Assembly (NCBI GenBank): GCA_963691875.1
Contig: OY829846.1
Span: 768,001 to 832,000 of the forward strand
Source: Aureliella sp.
Lineage (GTDB): Bacteria > Planctomycetota > Planctomycetia > Pirellulales > Pirellulaceae
DNA: 64,000 nucleotides
Direction of reading: 5' to 3'
Shown here: positions 42,758 through 53,826 of the stretch, piece after piece
Numbering within the stretch: the first letter of the stretch is position 1
Layout of the letters: every line of letters starts with the position of its first letter
Notes under the pieces: model-generated
Seen by the model: only the letters and a program-made list of their open reading frames with translations
Told to the model about the DNA's origin: nothing
Database searches by the model: none
Made by a program: the position numbers and the translations under genes

Positions 42758-44116
42758 CTATTCACCACCTCCTGGTTGAAGCCGCAAGACTCGCGTCGTG
42801 AATGGTTCAAACAAAACCTCAAAACTCGAACCGACTTCCTCACGTTCCAATACGGTTGAGCCTTCAAACATCCACTCGGCCGATTCGATGATGCGATCAA
42901 ACTTGAGAGTCGCGTTGAGCACCGCATCATCCATGTTGACCATCAAGAGGACCCATTCATCTTTCGAAAGCGGTTTAAGCAGCGTGCGAATGGGTGTTTC
43001 GGTAATCGATTCTCCTTCAAACCTCACCGAGTATTCAACATCCACTATCGTTGGTGAAAGTAGGGCTGGGGCCAGTTGTCGAAGTTCACGGTTCACTTGA
43101 GCTACCGTTTTCCATAGAACCTCGGCCTGCAACGCTTGGATCGGCGTTGCAGTAGGGCGACCTGGAATTTCAGTTTGCTGTTTTGGTGCAATACCAAAGC
43201 GAGTGACATTGCTGTCCCAGGCGTAGTAGACCACTCCAGTAGCTCCATGGATCAGGCCCGTGTAAACCATGCTGCGAAGTTGATCGGGCGTGGGATATCG
43301 AAATGGGAACTTTACCGAGGCAGGATGTTCCGTTTCGAACGCACCCACTACGAGCCAAACTGGCTTACGTCCCTCGCTCAGCTGCGCAGCAAGAGAAACA
43401 CTGTCCGCGATTCCGTTTTTCTCAGTGCCATAGGAACCCAGGTTAAGTGATCGAGTCTTGGGCCAAATGACGTAGTTATCATGACAACTCACGTCGCTTT
43501 CTTTGTGCCAACGAATCCAGTGCTCGCGGCCATTGCCAATCATCCAAGAGGCGGTGTTGACGAAGACGGGGAGGTCAGGCGCGATGGATTTTACTTCCGA
43601 CTTGAAGGCTTTGAATTGTTCGACTTGTTGGCCTTGTTGCGCAAGCGGGAAGTTGATCAAGGGTTCATCCTGCCAAACGATACCCATCAAATTCGGGTGG
43701 TCCGCAATGGCCTTCAAAGCCTCACCGCCGGATCTTCTCATGAGGACCACCTGAAGCCCATGTTGTTTGGCTTGGGAGAGTTGTCGATCATTCGTGTACC
43801 CGCCCATCGGCCAGGGCCAGACGCAGTTGTAACCGGCGTCCACGAGGTGATGCCATCGGTAGTCAATGCCTTTGTAAACTCGAGATTCCGGTACGCCCCA
43901 GCTGGCCAGCATAAAGAACGATTTTTCGGGGTCGTAGCGTTGAAGGATGCGGCCTTGCCGATCAATGTGTGGGACATTTTCCTGATGGGGTGTCTGAACC
44001 GCGGATTCTTGTCCATAAGCCAACGAAGTCAGGAAGAGCGCGAGGTGGCTGAGGGCGACGGCCACGCTCCGGTTCAAACTCAAATCGTTGGGGCATTTGC
44101 GATGAAGTGTTGGCAT
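42758..44116 (-). CDS. Secreted hypothetical protein, possible glycoside-hydrolase-like TIM barrel
   Basis: Hydrophobic leader. The 'WQDEP', 'HDNY' and 'GLIHGATGVVYY' pattern is reminiscent of GH-like barrels. Start codon uncertain. Confidence 0.6.
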   Translation of the reverse strand: MPTLHRKCPNDLSLNRSVAVALSHLALFLTSLAYGQESAVQTPHQENVPHIDRQGRILQRYDPEKSFFMLASWGVPESRVYKGIDYRWHHLVDAGYNCVWPWPMGGYTNDRQLSQAKQHGLQVVLMRRSGGEALKAIADHPNLMGIVWQDEPLINFPLAQQGQQVEQFKAFKSEVKSIAPDLPVFVNTASWMIGNGREHWIRWHKESDVSCHDNYVIWPKTRSLNLGSYGTEKNGIADSVSLAAQLSEGRKPVWLVVGAFETEHPASVKFPFRYPTPDQLRSMVYTGLIHGATGVVYYAWDSNVTRFGIAPKQQTEIPGRPTATPIQALQAEVLWKTVAQVNRELRQLAPALLSPTIVDVEYSVRFEGESITETPIRTLLKPLSKDEWVLLMVNMDDAVLNATLKFDRIIESAEWMFEGSTVLEREEVGSSFEVLFEPFTTRVLRLQPGGGE

Positions 44117-45104
44117 TTTCCAATCCCAAAACAGGGGGAGTGCGTTTGCGTTCCGTTTCATTCACTCGACTTGCATGACGGAAGTTGTGATCGGTCTCGG
44201 TATGGACCATTCGAATTGAATCTTCCGTAAATCCAAAGTGCGATCCTCAACAAGCGATCTTTATTGTGCAAGCCTTGCGGCAACTTGCAATGTTTTGAAA
44301 AGAAACGGGGCCAAAGTTATGAAAGCAGTTGGGGAAGATCATCAACGCAAGCGGGAATCTCCGGAGCGAGGGCGGCGCAGCCCCGTTTTCGGTATGTTGT
44401 CCCAGTCGGATCTGTTAAACTGAACGAGGAGCCACCCACGTTCAATTCGAGTTCGTGCCCCATTGAGTTGGTCCCCTCCCTTCGATCCTGCTGGGCCGAA
44501 CAGTGAACTGATGGATATCCTATCCCCAGCGAACTCGCAGCCGCGAAACTCATATCTGCAGCCCTGTTACAGTCTTATTGTCACGTTTATCGCTGCTGGA
44601 AACCTACAGTCGAAGATGCCGATTTGAGCGACTGGCGACTGCTCAACTTCACGCTGGATTGTCTTCAACTGTAGAGGCGCCATTAGTCAGCAACAAACGC
44701 ACATCACACACACCGCATGTTGATCTTCATCTGATCAAACCTTGCACGCAGATTCAGATTGCCTTGGACCCTGCAATTCTCCAGCACTGGGTCGATGCGG
44801 TTTGTAGATATCACAGTTGGATCTGTTGAGAAATCGGCAATGATTGAATCCCACACATGAGCGAGGAATGGAGAGACGCCGGCTAAACCCTTGATGCGAA
44901 AACGTCAGCCCGCTTGGTACTGCCTCACGGCGTTCAGCACTATTCTCGTCAATGTGTTGGCTCGGACACTGCAACTCCCGATAACTTGCGGACTGAATAG
45001 ACCGGTGCTTGAAATAGGACAATCAGATACTCTAGAATGCATCAGCAATCAAAGGACTGCAATCGCGTAGCGAAACTCTCATCTAAGAAGCGGCCGGAGA
45101 AAGC

Positions 45105-45650
45105 ATGGAAACGAACCCTTATGCCCCAAGTTTTGCCGATGAGTCGATGCAAGAGAACCCGGAGCTACAACCGGATGAACTTGCAGGTCGATTTACTCGA
45201 CTTGCTTCTGCGTTCATCGACGGTCTCACCATGTTGGTTTTTATCATTCCAGCGATGTTCTTGACCGGTTATGCACAACGTGTTGCTGCGGGGCAAGCTA
45301 CTGTTCTCGAGCAAGTTGGATTTAGCTTCTTTTCCGGAATCGTCTTCTTATTGGTGCATGGCTATTTCCTAACAACACGCGGGCAAACTCTTGGAAAAAT
45401 GGCGACGGGAATTCAAGTTGTCGACCACGAAACCGGCAAGCGGCTATCGTTCCTGCGTGTCTACGTGTACCGCAATCTCTGGGGTTTACCGATCCTCGCG
45501 TTAACCATCGTAATCCCAGGGCAGATCGACGACAACTTGTCGAACCTTGTTTACCTGGTAGACACCCTGATGATTTTTGCTGTTAGTCGCAGATGCCTGC
45601 ACGACTATATCGCTGGATCAAAGGTCGTGTTGTACCAGAATCGCGACTAG
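45105..45650 (+). CDS. RDD family membrane protein
   Basis: 'NPYAP' planctomycete N-terminal motif, 'R..SAFID', 'GQTLGK', 'R' and 'LHDYIAGSKVV'. Confidence 0.92.
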   Translation: METNPYAPSFADESMQENPELQPDELAGRFTRLASAFIDGLTMLVFIIPAMFLTGYAQRVAAGQATVLEQVGFSFFSGIVFLLVHGYFLTTRGQTLGKMATGIQVVDHETGKRLSFLRVYVYRNLWGLPILALTIVIPGQIDDNLSNLVYLVDTLMIFAVSRRCLHDYIAGSKVVLYQNRD

Positions 45651-45834
45651 GCAGCTGGTAAGGTTTAGGAAACGTTGACAACCACTGGCTGGAGGTTAAC
45701 GCATGGTCGCGGTGCGTGAAATTTTTGTCTGACAGGAAGTCACACCCAATCAGACAGGCCAAAGGGGCATCACCGAGGACGCGTTAGGTTGAGGTGATCG
45801 CTCGTGAAGATTGTGGTAGAGGCCGGGATTACAG

Positions 45835-48561
45835 CTAGGGAGCATTCGCAACTGACGAGGCGGTGTTGGGAAAGGCGGCTCGTACTTCGGCTTCCGGCTT
45901 TCCGATTCCGGCGAGGCGGAATGCCTCATGAGCGGCGTCGAGGCGTTGTAGACTTGCATTCAGAGCTGGCGTCAATAGTTGCTCACGCTTTATTCGATTC
46001 ACCAAAGCGTTACGAGCCATTTTCGCGGCGAACAAAAATTCTTTATAGGACCGCGGCACCTCGGAACTGCTATTCTTTGCTTCGGTTCGCTTGATTGCGT
46101 TGGCAAAGAGAGCATCCGCTTCTTTAAATACGCGTGTGCCAGCGAGATTCGCGGCCTTTGTGCTGTCAACGTCAACGAGACTCTTGAGACAGTTCCGTAC
46201 GACTTGAGTTTCTTCTAGACTCAGCCATACTGCTTCTTCATCTGGCGCGGGGACCGGAAGACTGAACAAACCATCGCTGCGGTAACTCTTGAAGCACAGT
46301 TGCAACTCCGTCACAAGCTCCTTCCGCTCTGTAGACTCGGTCCGAAGCCATTTATCCCATTTCCTTCGCTCTGCCTTGCTCATTTTCTTTAACAAGTCGG
46401 CCTCTAGATTCTCCTGTTCGTTTTCGAGCTTGGAGAGATCAGCCAGGATGGGCTTACGAGCCTCCCTAGGAGCCGGCTCTTCTGCCACGGCCTTTTCAAG
46501 AAGATACTCAAGGTCACCAGCCACGGGATTCTTTTGCCTATAAGATATCATTGCCTCGGCAGTCGGAGAAAGTTGCTCAAGCGATTCAATCCTGGCCTGG
46601 AGTATCTTAATGTAAAGATTCAAGAAGGGATGTGAACTATCAACAGGTGTCTCAACCGCTAACTCATTTCCCGAATCGGAACTATCCGGACGGGAGAATT
46701 CCTTGAACAAGTCGGCTTTGATGACAGCCCAAATCGCAAAGCACAGCGCGAGGAAGCTAACCGCCCCAGCCACGATTGCTTTCCGTTTCTTGCGGCTTGT
46801 ATTGCTGCGATTCGCAAGATAGTGATAGGAGGTCCAATCCTGTTCGGAGCTCTGTTCAGGCTCGCGACGAACGCCCTGCTCCTTGCTCTTTGCCTTGGCA
46901 GGCGTGGCTACGAGTTTTTCCTTCTTCGCCGAGCCAACTCTCCTCTTCGCAGCAACACCGCCCCTCTTGGCTGACTTCTTCTTAAGTCGCTTACTGGATT
47001 TGTGCTCGGAATAGGTTCCGGACGCCGGCTCTTCTTTCGGGACGACCGGTTTTGCGTTTCGAGCTGATGGCCTTTCCGCCGCAACGATCTGCGGTTGACT
47101 CTGTTTTGCGCCCTCTGTTACCCGAGCTTCAGCTTGTGGCTTAGATGGCGACGTTGACGTGGATTTTGATTTCAGCGTCGCATTTACGTTGGCAATCTCG
47201 CCTGTTTTCTGCAGATCCGTTTGCGGCGAGTGCTTTGAAACCGCTTTGTTTCCGGCCGAGGCTTGACTGCGAACACCGGCATTCGAGGGCTTTGCAACTT
47301 GAGCTGCCTTCTTCTTGTTGCGTCGTCCTCGCTTTCCACGACGTCGCTTGCGGCTATTACCTTCGTCTTTGCCGACGAACGCCGCTATCTTAGCTAGCTT
47401 ATCTTTCTCGAGTTTTGCTGCGGAGGGTTGCGTCTCTTTGGCTGGCTGAGCGGCCGTAGCGTGGTCTGTTTGCAGAGGCGAACCTTCCGCTCGAGCCCTG
47501 GATGCTTCTTCCTCCGGCTTAGTCACGGGCTCCAGTCGCTCAACCTTTGCATTGGAGCGGTGAGCAACTTCCGGTTGTGCGTCGGAATGGGCAGGAGCAC
47601 TCCCTGCCCCCTTAGTCACCTCGAGCTCGAGGCTCTTCGCCCGTGCGACCGACGAATTGTCCGCCGCCGTAGCTTCTGGCATTGGAGCGGGCGAAAACTT
47701 TTTCTTATCCTTCGCCGGCAGGGATGCAGTTGGTGCGCGCTTCAGTGGCGAGGGCTCGCCCTTTGCGGGAGACGCACCTCTAGAATCCGCTGATGCGGCG
47801 GAAGGGAGCTCAAGATCGTTAGATTCTTGCTTGGTGCCCGAACTGACGAACTCAGTGTGTTGCTTCTCTTCCTTGACAAATTGATGAGCTGGGTCGCTCT
47901 CGGGCTGAGCGGACTCAACGGTAGGCTCAGTTACAGGTTTAGTGTCAGCTTCGGCTACGGACTCCGCCGGTTGTTTAATCTGTGGGGTAGGATTGGTGGT
48001 AGCTTCGGCTTTTTCCTCGGATGCATCCACGAAGTTTAACTTGTTTCCAGGCGCATTGGCGTGGAGCTCAAACTTCGCATTCGTCGCTTCAAAATCGAAG
48101 TTAGGCAGATCTCGTTTCGTGACGGAGCCTTTGAAATTGCCTTTCGAGTCGATGGGCAATTGAGTCGCACCGACATGGGGCTGTTGATAAGAGTTTGGAG
48201 GCGAAGGGCTCGGAGATGGATTCTGGCCACCTCCATCATCAACCGGCACGGCCCGAACGAGCCGAGCCGGTTTAGCTGTTTCGGCTTGGACTACTGGAGT
48301 TGGGGACTGACGCACTGGCCTGTTGCCCGAGGCTAGTGGTGGATGTTCCAACGTCGAAGGTGTCTCCTCGACCGGCTCCAATCGACCGAGATTCTCAGCC
48401 GCTGGGTTTATCGGCTGGCTCGCAGGCAAGGGCTCCGGATTCTGCACGCGGAACTGGAGCTGGCACTTGGGACAGCCAACCGTAAACTCACTTTGGCTCG
48501 AATTGGGCAACGCGAGGCGTGCATTGCAATTCGGACATTGAATGAGCAGTTTCTGAGACAT
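45835..48561 (-). CDS. Zinc-ribbon protein with long disordered linker, TM helix and C-terminal helical domain
   Basis: N-terminal 'CPNC...CPKC', P/S/K/E-rich region, TM segment 'AIVAGAVSFLALCFAIWAVI'. Confidence 0.75.
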   Translation of the reverse strand: MSQKLLIQCPNCNARLALPNSSQSEFTVGCPKCQLQFRVQNPEPLPASQPINPAAENLGRLEPVEETPSTLEHPPLASGNRPVRQSPTPVVQAETAKPARLVRAVPVDDGGGQNPSPSPSPPNSYQQPHVGATQLPIDSKGNFKGSVTKRDLPNFDFEATNAKFELHANAPGNKLNFVDASEEKAEATTNPTPQIKQPAESVAEADTKPVTEPTVESAQPESDPAHQFVKEEKQHTEFVSSGTKQESNDLELPSAASADSRGASPAKGEPSPLKRAPTASLPAKDKKKFSPAPMPEATAADNSSVARAKSLELEVTKGAGSAPAHSDAQPEVAHRSNAKVERLEPVTKPEEEASRARAEGSPLQTDHATAAQPAKETQPSAAKLEKDKLAKIAAFVGKDEGNSRKRRRGKRGRRNKKKAAQVAKPSNAGVRSQASAGNKAVSKHSPQTDLQKTGEIANVNATLKSKSTSTSPSKPQAEARVTEGAKQSQPQIVAAERPSARNAKPVVPKEEPASGTYSEHKSSKRLKKKSAKRGGVAAKRRVGSAKKEKLVATPAKAKSKEQGVRREPEQSSEQDWTSYHYLANRSNTSRKKRKAIVAGAVSFLALCFAIWAVIKADLFKEFSRPDSSDSGNELAVETPVDSSHPFLNLYIKILQARIESLEQLSPTAEAMISYRQKNPVAGDLEYLLEKAVAEEPAPREARKPILADLSKLENEQENLEADLLKKMSKAERRKWDKWLRTESTERKELVTELQLCFKSYRSDGLFSLPVPAPDEEAVWLSLEETQVVRNCLKSLVDVDSTKAANLAGTRVFKEADALFANAIKRTEAKNSSSEVPRSYKEFLFAAKMARNALVNRIKREQLLTPALNASLQRLDAAHEAFRLAGIGKPEAEVRAAFPNTASSVANAP

Positions 48562-48796
48562 CGGATCGCGAGTTTGGCTTTACGAGCGGAAATAGGTCTA
48601 CGGACAATACTGGCTAACGCGGTGGTACCGGTAGTGCAGATGACGCACCCTAGGTATTCCTCGCATCTGGAAATGCACGTGTTATTGTAGATCGACCAGA
48701 CATAACTGTCAGTCAAAGCGCTAAACGGCTAGTCGAATGCCGAGAAAATTGGAACGTTTGTAGCAGTTGCCGGTTCGAACTGCCCCAGGGGGGAGC

Positions 48797-50083
48797 CTAC
48801 GCCTTGAATTCGCCAACAGCGAGAGTCACGTTCTGGCCGCCAAATCCGAAGGAATTGTTCAGTGCAACCTTCAGATCGGCGTCCCGTGCCTCGTTGGCTA
48901 CGTAGTCCAGATCACAGAGAGGATCTGCGTTTTCAAGATTGATCGTCGGTGGCAAGCAGTTATCACGAATCGCGAGCAGGCAAGCGATCATCTCGGAGAC
49001 TCCCGCAGCTGCGATCAAATGCCCCATCATGCTCTTCGTGCTCGATACAGGAACCTTCTGAGCACGATCACCAAAGACCGATTTACAAGCAACTGTCTCG
49101 ACCTTGTCGTTGACAGTGGTACTGGTACCGTGAGCGTTAACGTAGTCTACATCATCGGCATTTAATCCGGCATCGCGAATCGCTGCAGACATGCATCCGA
49201 TAGCACCGCGCCCTTCCGGATGAATATCGGTAATCCGGTAAGCGTCCGCAGTGCACCCGTAGCCCAAAACTTCACCGAAAATCTGTGCGCCACGACCGCG
49301 AGCATGTTCCAGCTCCTCGAGAATGACAACTGAGGATCCTTCGCCGAGCACGAACCCGTCGCGGAGGCGGTCGAACGGCCGAGACGCGCCGGTCGGATTG
49401 TCGTTATTTGTCGAAAGTGCCGTAAGCAGACTGAAGCCGGTCAAGCCGAATGGATGGATCATGCTGTGAGCTCCACCCGCCATCATGGCATCTACGTCAC
49501 CGCGACGAATTAACTCAGTCGCTTCGCCCACAGCTTGACTGCTGGCTGCGCAGGCCGTCAGACAATTAAGATTGGGACCTTGAATGTTGAACATGTTTGC
49601 AACATGCGCCGACGGCATACTCGGTTCTTGCTCAACCTCAACTTCGCAATCAAGAATCTCAAGTCCGCGCCGAATGAACTCGTTCGAGTTAAATTCCTCA
49701 CCTTCCTTGGTCGCTGCATCCAGCATAGAAGTGAAGTTATGAAAGTCCTGATTTCCTTCTCCCGCGCCAAAGTAGACGCCGATGCGAGAACGGTCAGTGA
49801 TGCTGTCCAGAATGCCAGACGACTCAACCGCCTGCTTGGCAGCTCCGGCCGCAAAGCGGGCATGGCGACCGCGTTTGGCCCATAATTCAGGATCTTCGCC
49901 ACATTGCGAGACATCCCAATCCTTCACCTCCGCAGCGATCTTAGTCGGATAATTCTTCGCATCGAAGATCGAAATGTTGCCGACGCCACTCTTGCCTTCC
50001 CGAAGCGCCGCCCAGACTGTCTCCACGTCCTTTCCAAGTGGATTGATCATTCCCAATCCAGTTACAACTACTCTCCGTCGCAT
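48797..50083 (-). CDS. fabF: 3-oxoacyl-ACP synthase II
   Basis: 'RRVVVTGLG', catalytic 'TACAAS', 'NAHGTST', 'KSMMGHL' and 'NSFGFGGQN'. Confidence 0.93.
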   Translation of the reverse strand: MRRRVVVTGLGMINPLGKDVETVWAALREGKSGVGNISIFDAKNYPTKIAAEVKDWDVSQCGEDPELWAKRGRHARFAAGAAKQAVESSGILDSITDRSRIGVYFGAGEGNQDFHNFTSMLDAATKEGEEFNSNEFIRRGLEILDCEVEVEQEPSMPSAHVANMFNIQGPNLNCLTACAASSQAVGEATELIRRGDVDAMMAGGAHSMIHPFGLTGFSLLTALSTNNDNPTGASRPFDRLRDGFVLGEGSSVVILEELEHARGRGAQIFGEVLGYGCTADAYRITDIHPEGRGAIGCMSAAIRDAGLNADDVDYVNAHGTSTTVNDKVETVACKSVFGDRAQKVPVSSTKSMMGHLIAAAGVSEMIACLLAIRDNCLPPTINLENADPLCDLDYVANEARDADLKVALNNSFGFGGQNVTLAVGEFKA

Positions 50084-50283
50084 TCGCGCTCTGCCCTGTC
50101 TCTTGGTTTGTTAAAGTCTTGGTGGCGTCTCCGCACAGCAGCCGAAGGTGGATGCGGGACGCGACTTTATTTATATCCGAAAAGAGCCATCCGCCCAGTC
50201 ATCTCAGGGGAATCGGTGTTTCAGGTTCGAGCCGCTATCAAGCATGCAAGCCCGCGGAACGCGAGAAAAAATCCCAATTCTGC

Positions 50284-52215
50284 CTAGCGAATAAGCCCCA
50301 TCCGTTGGAAATTCGGCAGCCATGGAACGGGACGATTCCAGGTGTGAGGCCAGAACACCAGCAGGGCTTTGCCGAGAAGAAACTTTTCTTCCACGTACTT
50401 CGGAACGCCCCAAAATCGAGCGTCAAGACTGGCCGCGCTGTTATCGCCGAGTGGGAAGTACTGATCGTCCTCGAGACGAAAAACATCTTGATCGCGATAA
50501 GCAAAGATTCCTATCTGACCCCACCATTCCGGATGTGAATAAACTCCGCTAAGCAAAGAGTCTTCGTCGTAGACGCTACTGGCGAACTCCTGATCTGGAA
50601 TCGCCTCCCTCAATTCGGACCTGGTAAGTCTTATGTCCGAGAACGCGCCGCTTCTTTGCGTGTAGTAGATATCTCGATGCACGCTTGCTCGCTTGACCGT
50701 CATCTCGACCTCCCGGCCACCGATTCCCGCTGGTGCTGCGTCTTTCGGATCTGTAAGAGACCAATACGGCCGGCGTTGCTCTAATGAACGAACTCCTTCC
50801 AAAGAAAAATCCGTGTTCCCGAAGTCAACGACCGACCCATTGACCCACAAGACAATTCGATCATCGAAGTTTGCAAGCTCAAGCGAGTAGCTGCCAGCGC
50901 CCTGTACCGACGTTGAGGCTCTAAGCTGATCGCCTCCATCGAAAATCGCGAGTGGCTCTGTTCCGTCCAGTGCCTGTAAGGTTGCCTGGCCCGTGCTCAC
51001 GTCGATCGCGCACCGGAAATGAATTCCAAACTCGACGAGATCAAGCAATAGAACCCCACCCTCCGATTTCAGCTCCACTTCAAATCGGCAGCTCAAGTCA
51101 CCGACCCAGTTCGAACCATAGTTACTGGTGACCATAAGACTAGGAGCAGCGTGTTCGTAAAGTTCCTTCGCACTGCCAAACTCCCTCTTCCGAACAAGGC
51201 TCGGATTGGGCACGAACATTTGAAGAATCTTCGGTGCGTTTTTTTTCAAAAAACCTTCCTCAAGGTCAAAGTAACTTCCCGCGTTCCGGGTGAGCGCTTC
51301 GGAGTTGTAAGCCAAAAAATCAGTTATCAAGCGAGTCTGGTAAGGATCCACAGCCCCAATCGACTCACCGGCTTCCAACTTCGCCCACTGCTCATCGGAT
51401 GCAAATTTATGATAGTAGCGAATCCAATTGTCTTTCGCGGTGGAGGCCAGCGATGCCTGCCAGTCGCGCTCGCTTAGCTCAACATTCCATCCGTCGCCTG
51501 CTCCGGGTAATGGTTGCCAAGAACTAGGCCATCCCGCCTTGACCAACTCGGCAGGAATGTGCTGCGTGTCGTGCACCAGCTGCTTCATTGCCTGAATCTT
51601 ATGTGGCGGCTTACGAGCTATCGTTTCATTGCCGGACTCAATCAAATAGACGTCGCCATGTATCAGCCGCAACGTCTCTCCCGGCAATCCAACAAGACGC
51701 TTGATATAGTTGACACTCGCCTTCTGCGGTTGCTTGAAAACAAAAACATCCCAGCGTTTGGGATGCGACAATACATAGTCAAATTTACTGACGAGAATCC
51801 GATCTCCTGGAAAGGTGAGGTGATTCTTATTGTTCTCAAAGTCATAGATATTTCGGCCTCGACAGTTCGAACAATAACTCGCCAAGGTCTTGATGCTTGG
51901 TTTCAGCCTGCCCGTATTGGAGTCGTACTCAGCGCTCGCATTCGCCTGGTACTGCTGCCCACAGTGCTCACAAACAAGATCTTTGTGTGCTCCCATCAGG
52001 GTCGGAGCCATCGAGCCGGTCGGAATGACAAAGGCCTCGGCCACGAATGCCCGAAAGAGAAAGGCGAGAATGAAAGCTACGACAACTGATTCGACGGTTT
52101 CACGCGTACTCTGAAAGTCGTCGACAGTCTCATCTTGCTTTGCCTTCTCGTCCTTGGCTCTGGCATTCTTGCTCGCCACCGTAGAAGCCTTCTTATCACT
52201 GGTTTTTTGAACCAT
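50284..52215 (-). CDS. lepB: Signal peptidase I (long planctomycete form with Cys-rich insert)
   Basis: 'AEAFVIPTGSMAPTL', 'YIKRLVGLPGE' and 'LGDNSAASLDARFW'. Insert carries CEHC and CSNC. Confidence 0.93.
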   Translation of the reverse strand: MVQKTSDKKASTVASKNARAKDEKAKQDETVDDFQSTRETVESVVVAFILAFLFRAFVAEAFVIPTGSMAPTLMGAHKDLVCEHCGQQYQANASAEYDSNTGRLKPSIKTLASYCSNCRGRNIYDFENNKNHLTFPGDRILVSKFDYVLSHPKRWDVFVFKQPQKASVNYIKRLVGLPGETLRLIHGDVYLIESGNETIARKPPHKIQAMKQLVHDTQHIPAELVKAGWPSSWQPLPGAGDGWNVELSERDWQASLASTAKDNWIRYYHKFASDEQWAKLEAGESIGAVDPYQTRLITDFLAYNSEALTRNAGSYFDLEEGFLKKNAPKILQMFVPNPSLVRKREFGSAKELYEHAAPSLMVTSNYGSNWVGDLSCRFEVELKSEGGVLLLDLVEFGIHFRCAIDVSTGQATLQALDGTEPLAIFDGGDQLRASTSVQGAGSYSLELANFDDRIVLWVNGSVVDFGNTDFSLEGVRSLEQRRPYWSLTDPKDAAPAGIGGREVEMTVKRASVHRDIYYTQRSGAFSDIRLTRSELREAIPDQEFASSVYDEDSLLSGVYSHPEWWGQIGIFAYRDQDVFRLEDDQYFPLGDNSAASLDARFWGVPKYVEEKFLLGKALLVFWPHTWNRPVPWLPNFQRMGLIR

Positions 52216-52581
52216 GAACTTTAACCGTTTTCCGTTGTTCGCTGCCGGTCCTGCAGGCCGGCGCAATAATTTCTGTTTGTCTCACCAGATCTCCCGACGC
52301 GGCACAACCAATCGAATCGTCGCGGATCTCCCAGGCGACCGGGATGAAAAGGAGAAGGCCTATAATCGAATAGAAGGGGCACGCCGGTTGCGGATTATAG
52401 CAGGCAGATATATTTCCCAACTAGCCGAACCAGGGGCCACATTCTATTGGAGTCCCAAAAAAGACTCCCTATGTGATTCACATAGCCTAAAGAATACCGC
52501 TAGTGACGTGATTCGTCGCCAGCGGCCAAAGCTTGCTACGGTCCAGAGAAAACAAAGAGATCTTGCATTCTTGAATGCTTG

Positions 52582-53502
52582 CTACCCAATGTTCAGGGCG
52601 TTGTCGATCTGGTCAGCAACTATCTTCAAGCGTTGCTCGTTGCCTCCGCCGACCTCGGCCGCAAACCACCCGTGGAAGCCAATGTCATCGATCGCTTTTC
52701 GAACATCGGCCCAAGGAAGATCATCCTCAGTGATATCCGCCCATTTGTCGTTGGCTCGGTGGAAGCCCTTGATATCAAACTTGATGATACGTTTGCCAAG
52801 CGTACGAATCCACTCTGCGGGGTTGCCGTACTTCCAGTGGTTTCCAATATCGAATTGCATTCCAACCCAAGGCGAATTGAACTCGTCAACATACTTCACA
52901 AACTTCTCAGCGCCCTGATCGTTGGGCCCATTATGTTCGTAGCAGAACTGGTTCCATACGTTCTCAATCGCGATCGCTACGCCCAACTCTGCACACAGTG
53001 GAAGTGCTTTGCGGATGTTTTCGACTGAGCGATCCCAGACTTCTTGCTCCGAGCCATCCTTGCCAACACCGACGACCAGCAGCACGGTGTGTCCTCCAAC
53101 AGCCTTCGTTTCGAGAATGCTGTTTTCGAGATTCTTCAACGCTTGCTCACGCACCTTTGCATCAGCATGCGAATGAGTGGTTTTCCAATGAGTATTTCCG
53201 ACGGATCCATCGACCACCAAACCAGTTGCTTCTACAGCCTTCTTGATCTCGTCAACTGGTGCACCTGGGCAACCGATCTCAATACCATCAAAACCAGCTT
53301 CCTTCGCCGCCTTGAACTTCGCAGTCATATCCCCTTTAACCCGAACCATGCCCATCTTTAATGTTTTGAGCAAACGGCGAGGTTCGGTTTCATGGGTAAT
53401 CTCACCGGCGGAAGCGTTTGTGATGGATGTAGAACTGGCAACAGCCGCTGCAGCAGCACTGGAGGCGACGAACTGGCGGCGTGATGGAAGACGATCACTC
53501 AT
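52582..53502 (-). CDS. Sugar phosphate isomerase/epimerase family protein (xylose isomerase-like TIM barrel), Tat-exported
   Basis: 'SRRQFV' Tat leader, 'GFDGIE', 'IENVWN', 'FDIGNH' and 'AAEV'. Confidence 0.9.
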   Translation of the reverse strand: MSDRLPSRRQFVASSAAAAAVASSTSITNASAGEITHETEPRRLLKTLKMGMVRVKGDMTAKFKAAKEAGFDGIEIGCPGAPVDEIKKAVEATGLVVDGSVGNTHWKTTHSHADAKVREQALKNLENSILETKAVGGHTVLLVVGVGKDGSEQEVWDRSVENIRKALPLCAELGVAIAIENVWNQFCYEHNGPNDQGAEKFVKYVDEFNSPWVGMQFDIGNHWKYGNPAEWIRTLGKRIIKFDIKGFHRANDKWADITEDDLPWADVRKAIDDIGFHGWFAAEVGGGNEQRLKIVADQIDNALNIG

Positions 53503-53826
53503 TGGGAGTACTCAAGAACTAAGGGAAGTAGAAAGAGCAGGAGACAGAACCGGTCACACGAATCATCCTCGAATCTTCAGATTGGCTCATCGATGATTCG
53601 AGCAGAAACTTCCAAAAGACCGACTCCAGACAGCTTAACTGGCCTGAAAGGCCCTTGGCAAGCACGCAAGCTCGTTTGCCGGACAAATCAGATTTGAGCT
53701 GGGGAGCCCACTTCTGGCCATCCTAGCTCAACACTTACGGAATCACTCGCTTCCCACCATACCTGACCCAGCTCTTACAGGGCGAGTGAAGAGTGTTCTT
53801 GCAAGTGTTGTAGAGCTCTTAACCTC

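Noticed and set aside
44200..45090. Short ORFs and palindromic fragments in a 900-bp intergenic stretch
   Set aside because: No coherent gene or RNA structure could be supported.
52214..52918. Long antisense/overlapping ORFs here and throughout the ORF track (e.g. 18532-19302, 35558-36277, 43481-44230)
   Set aside because: They are shadow ORFs opposite well-supported genes and lack motifs.
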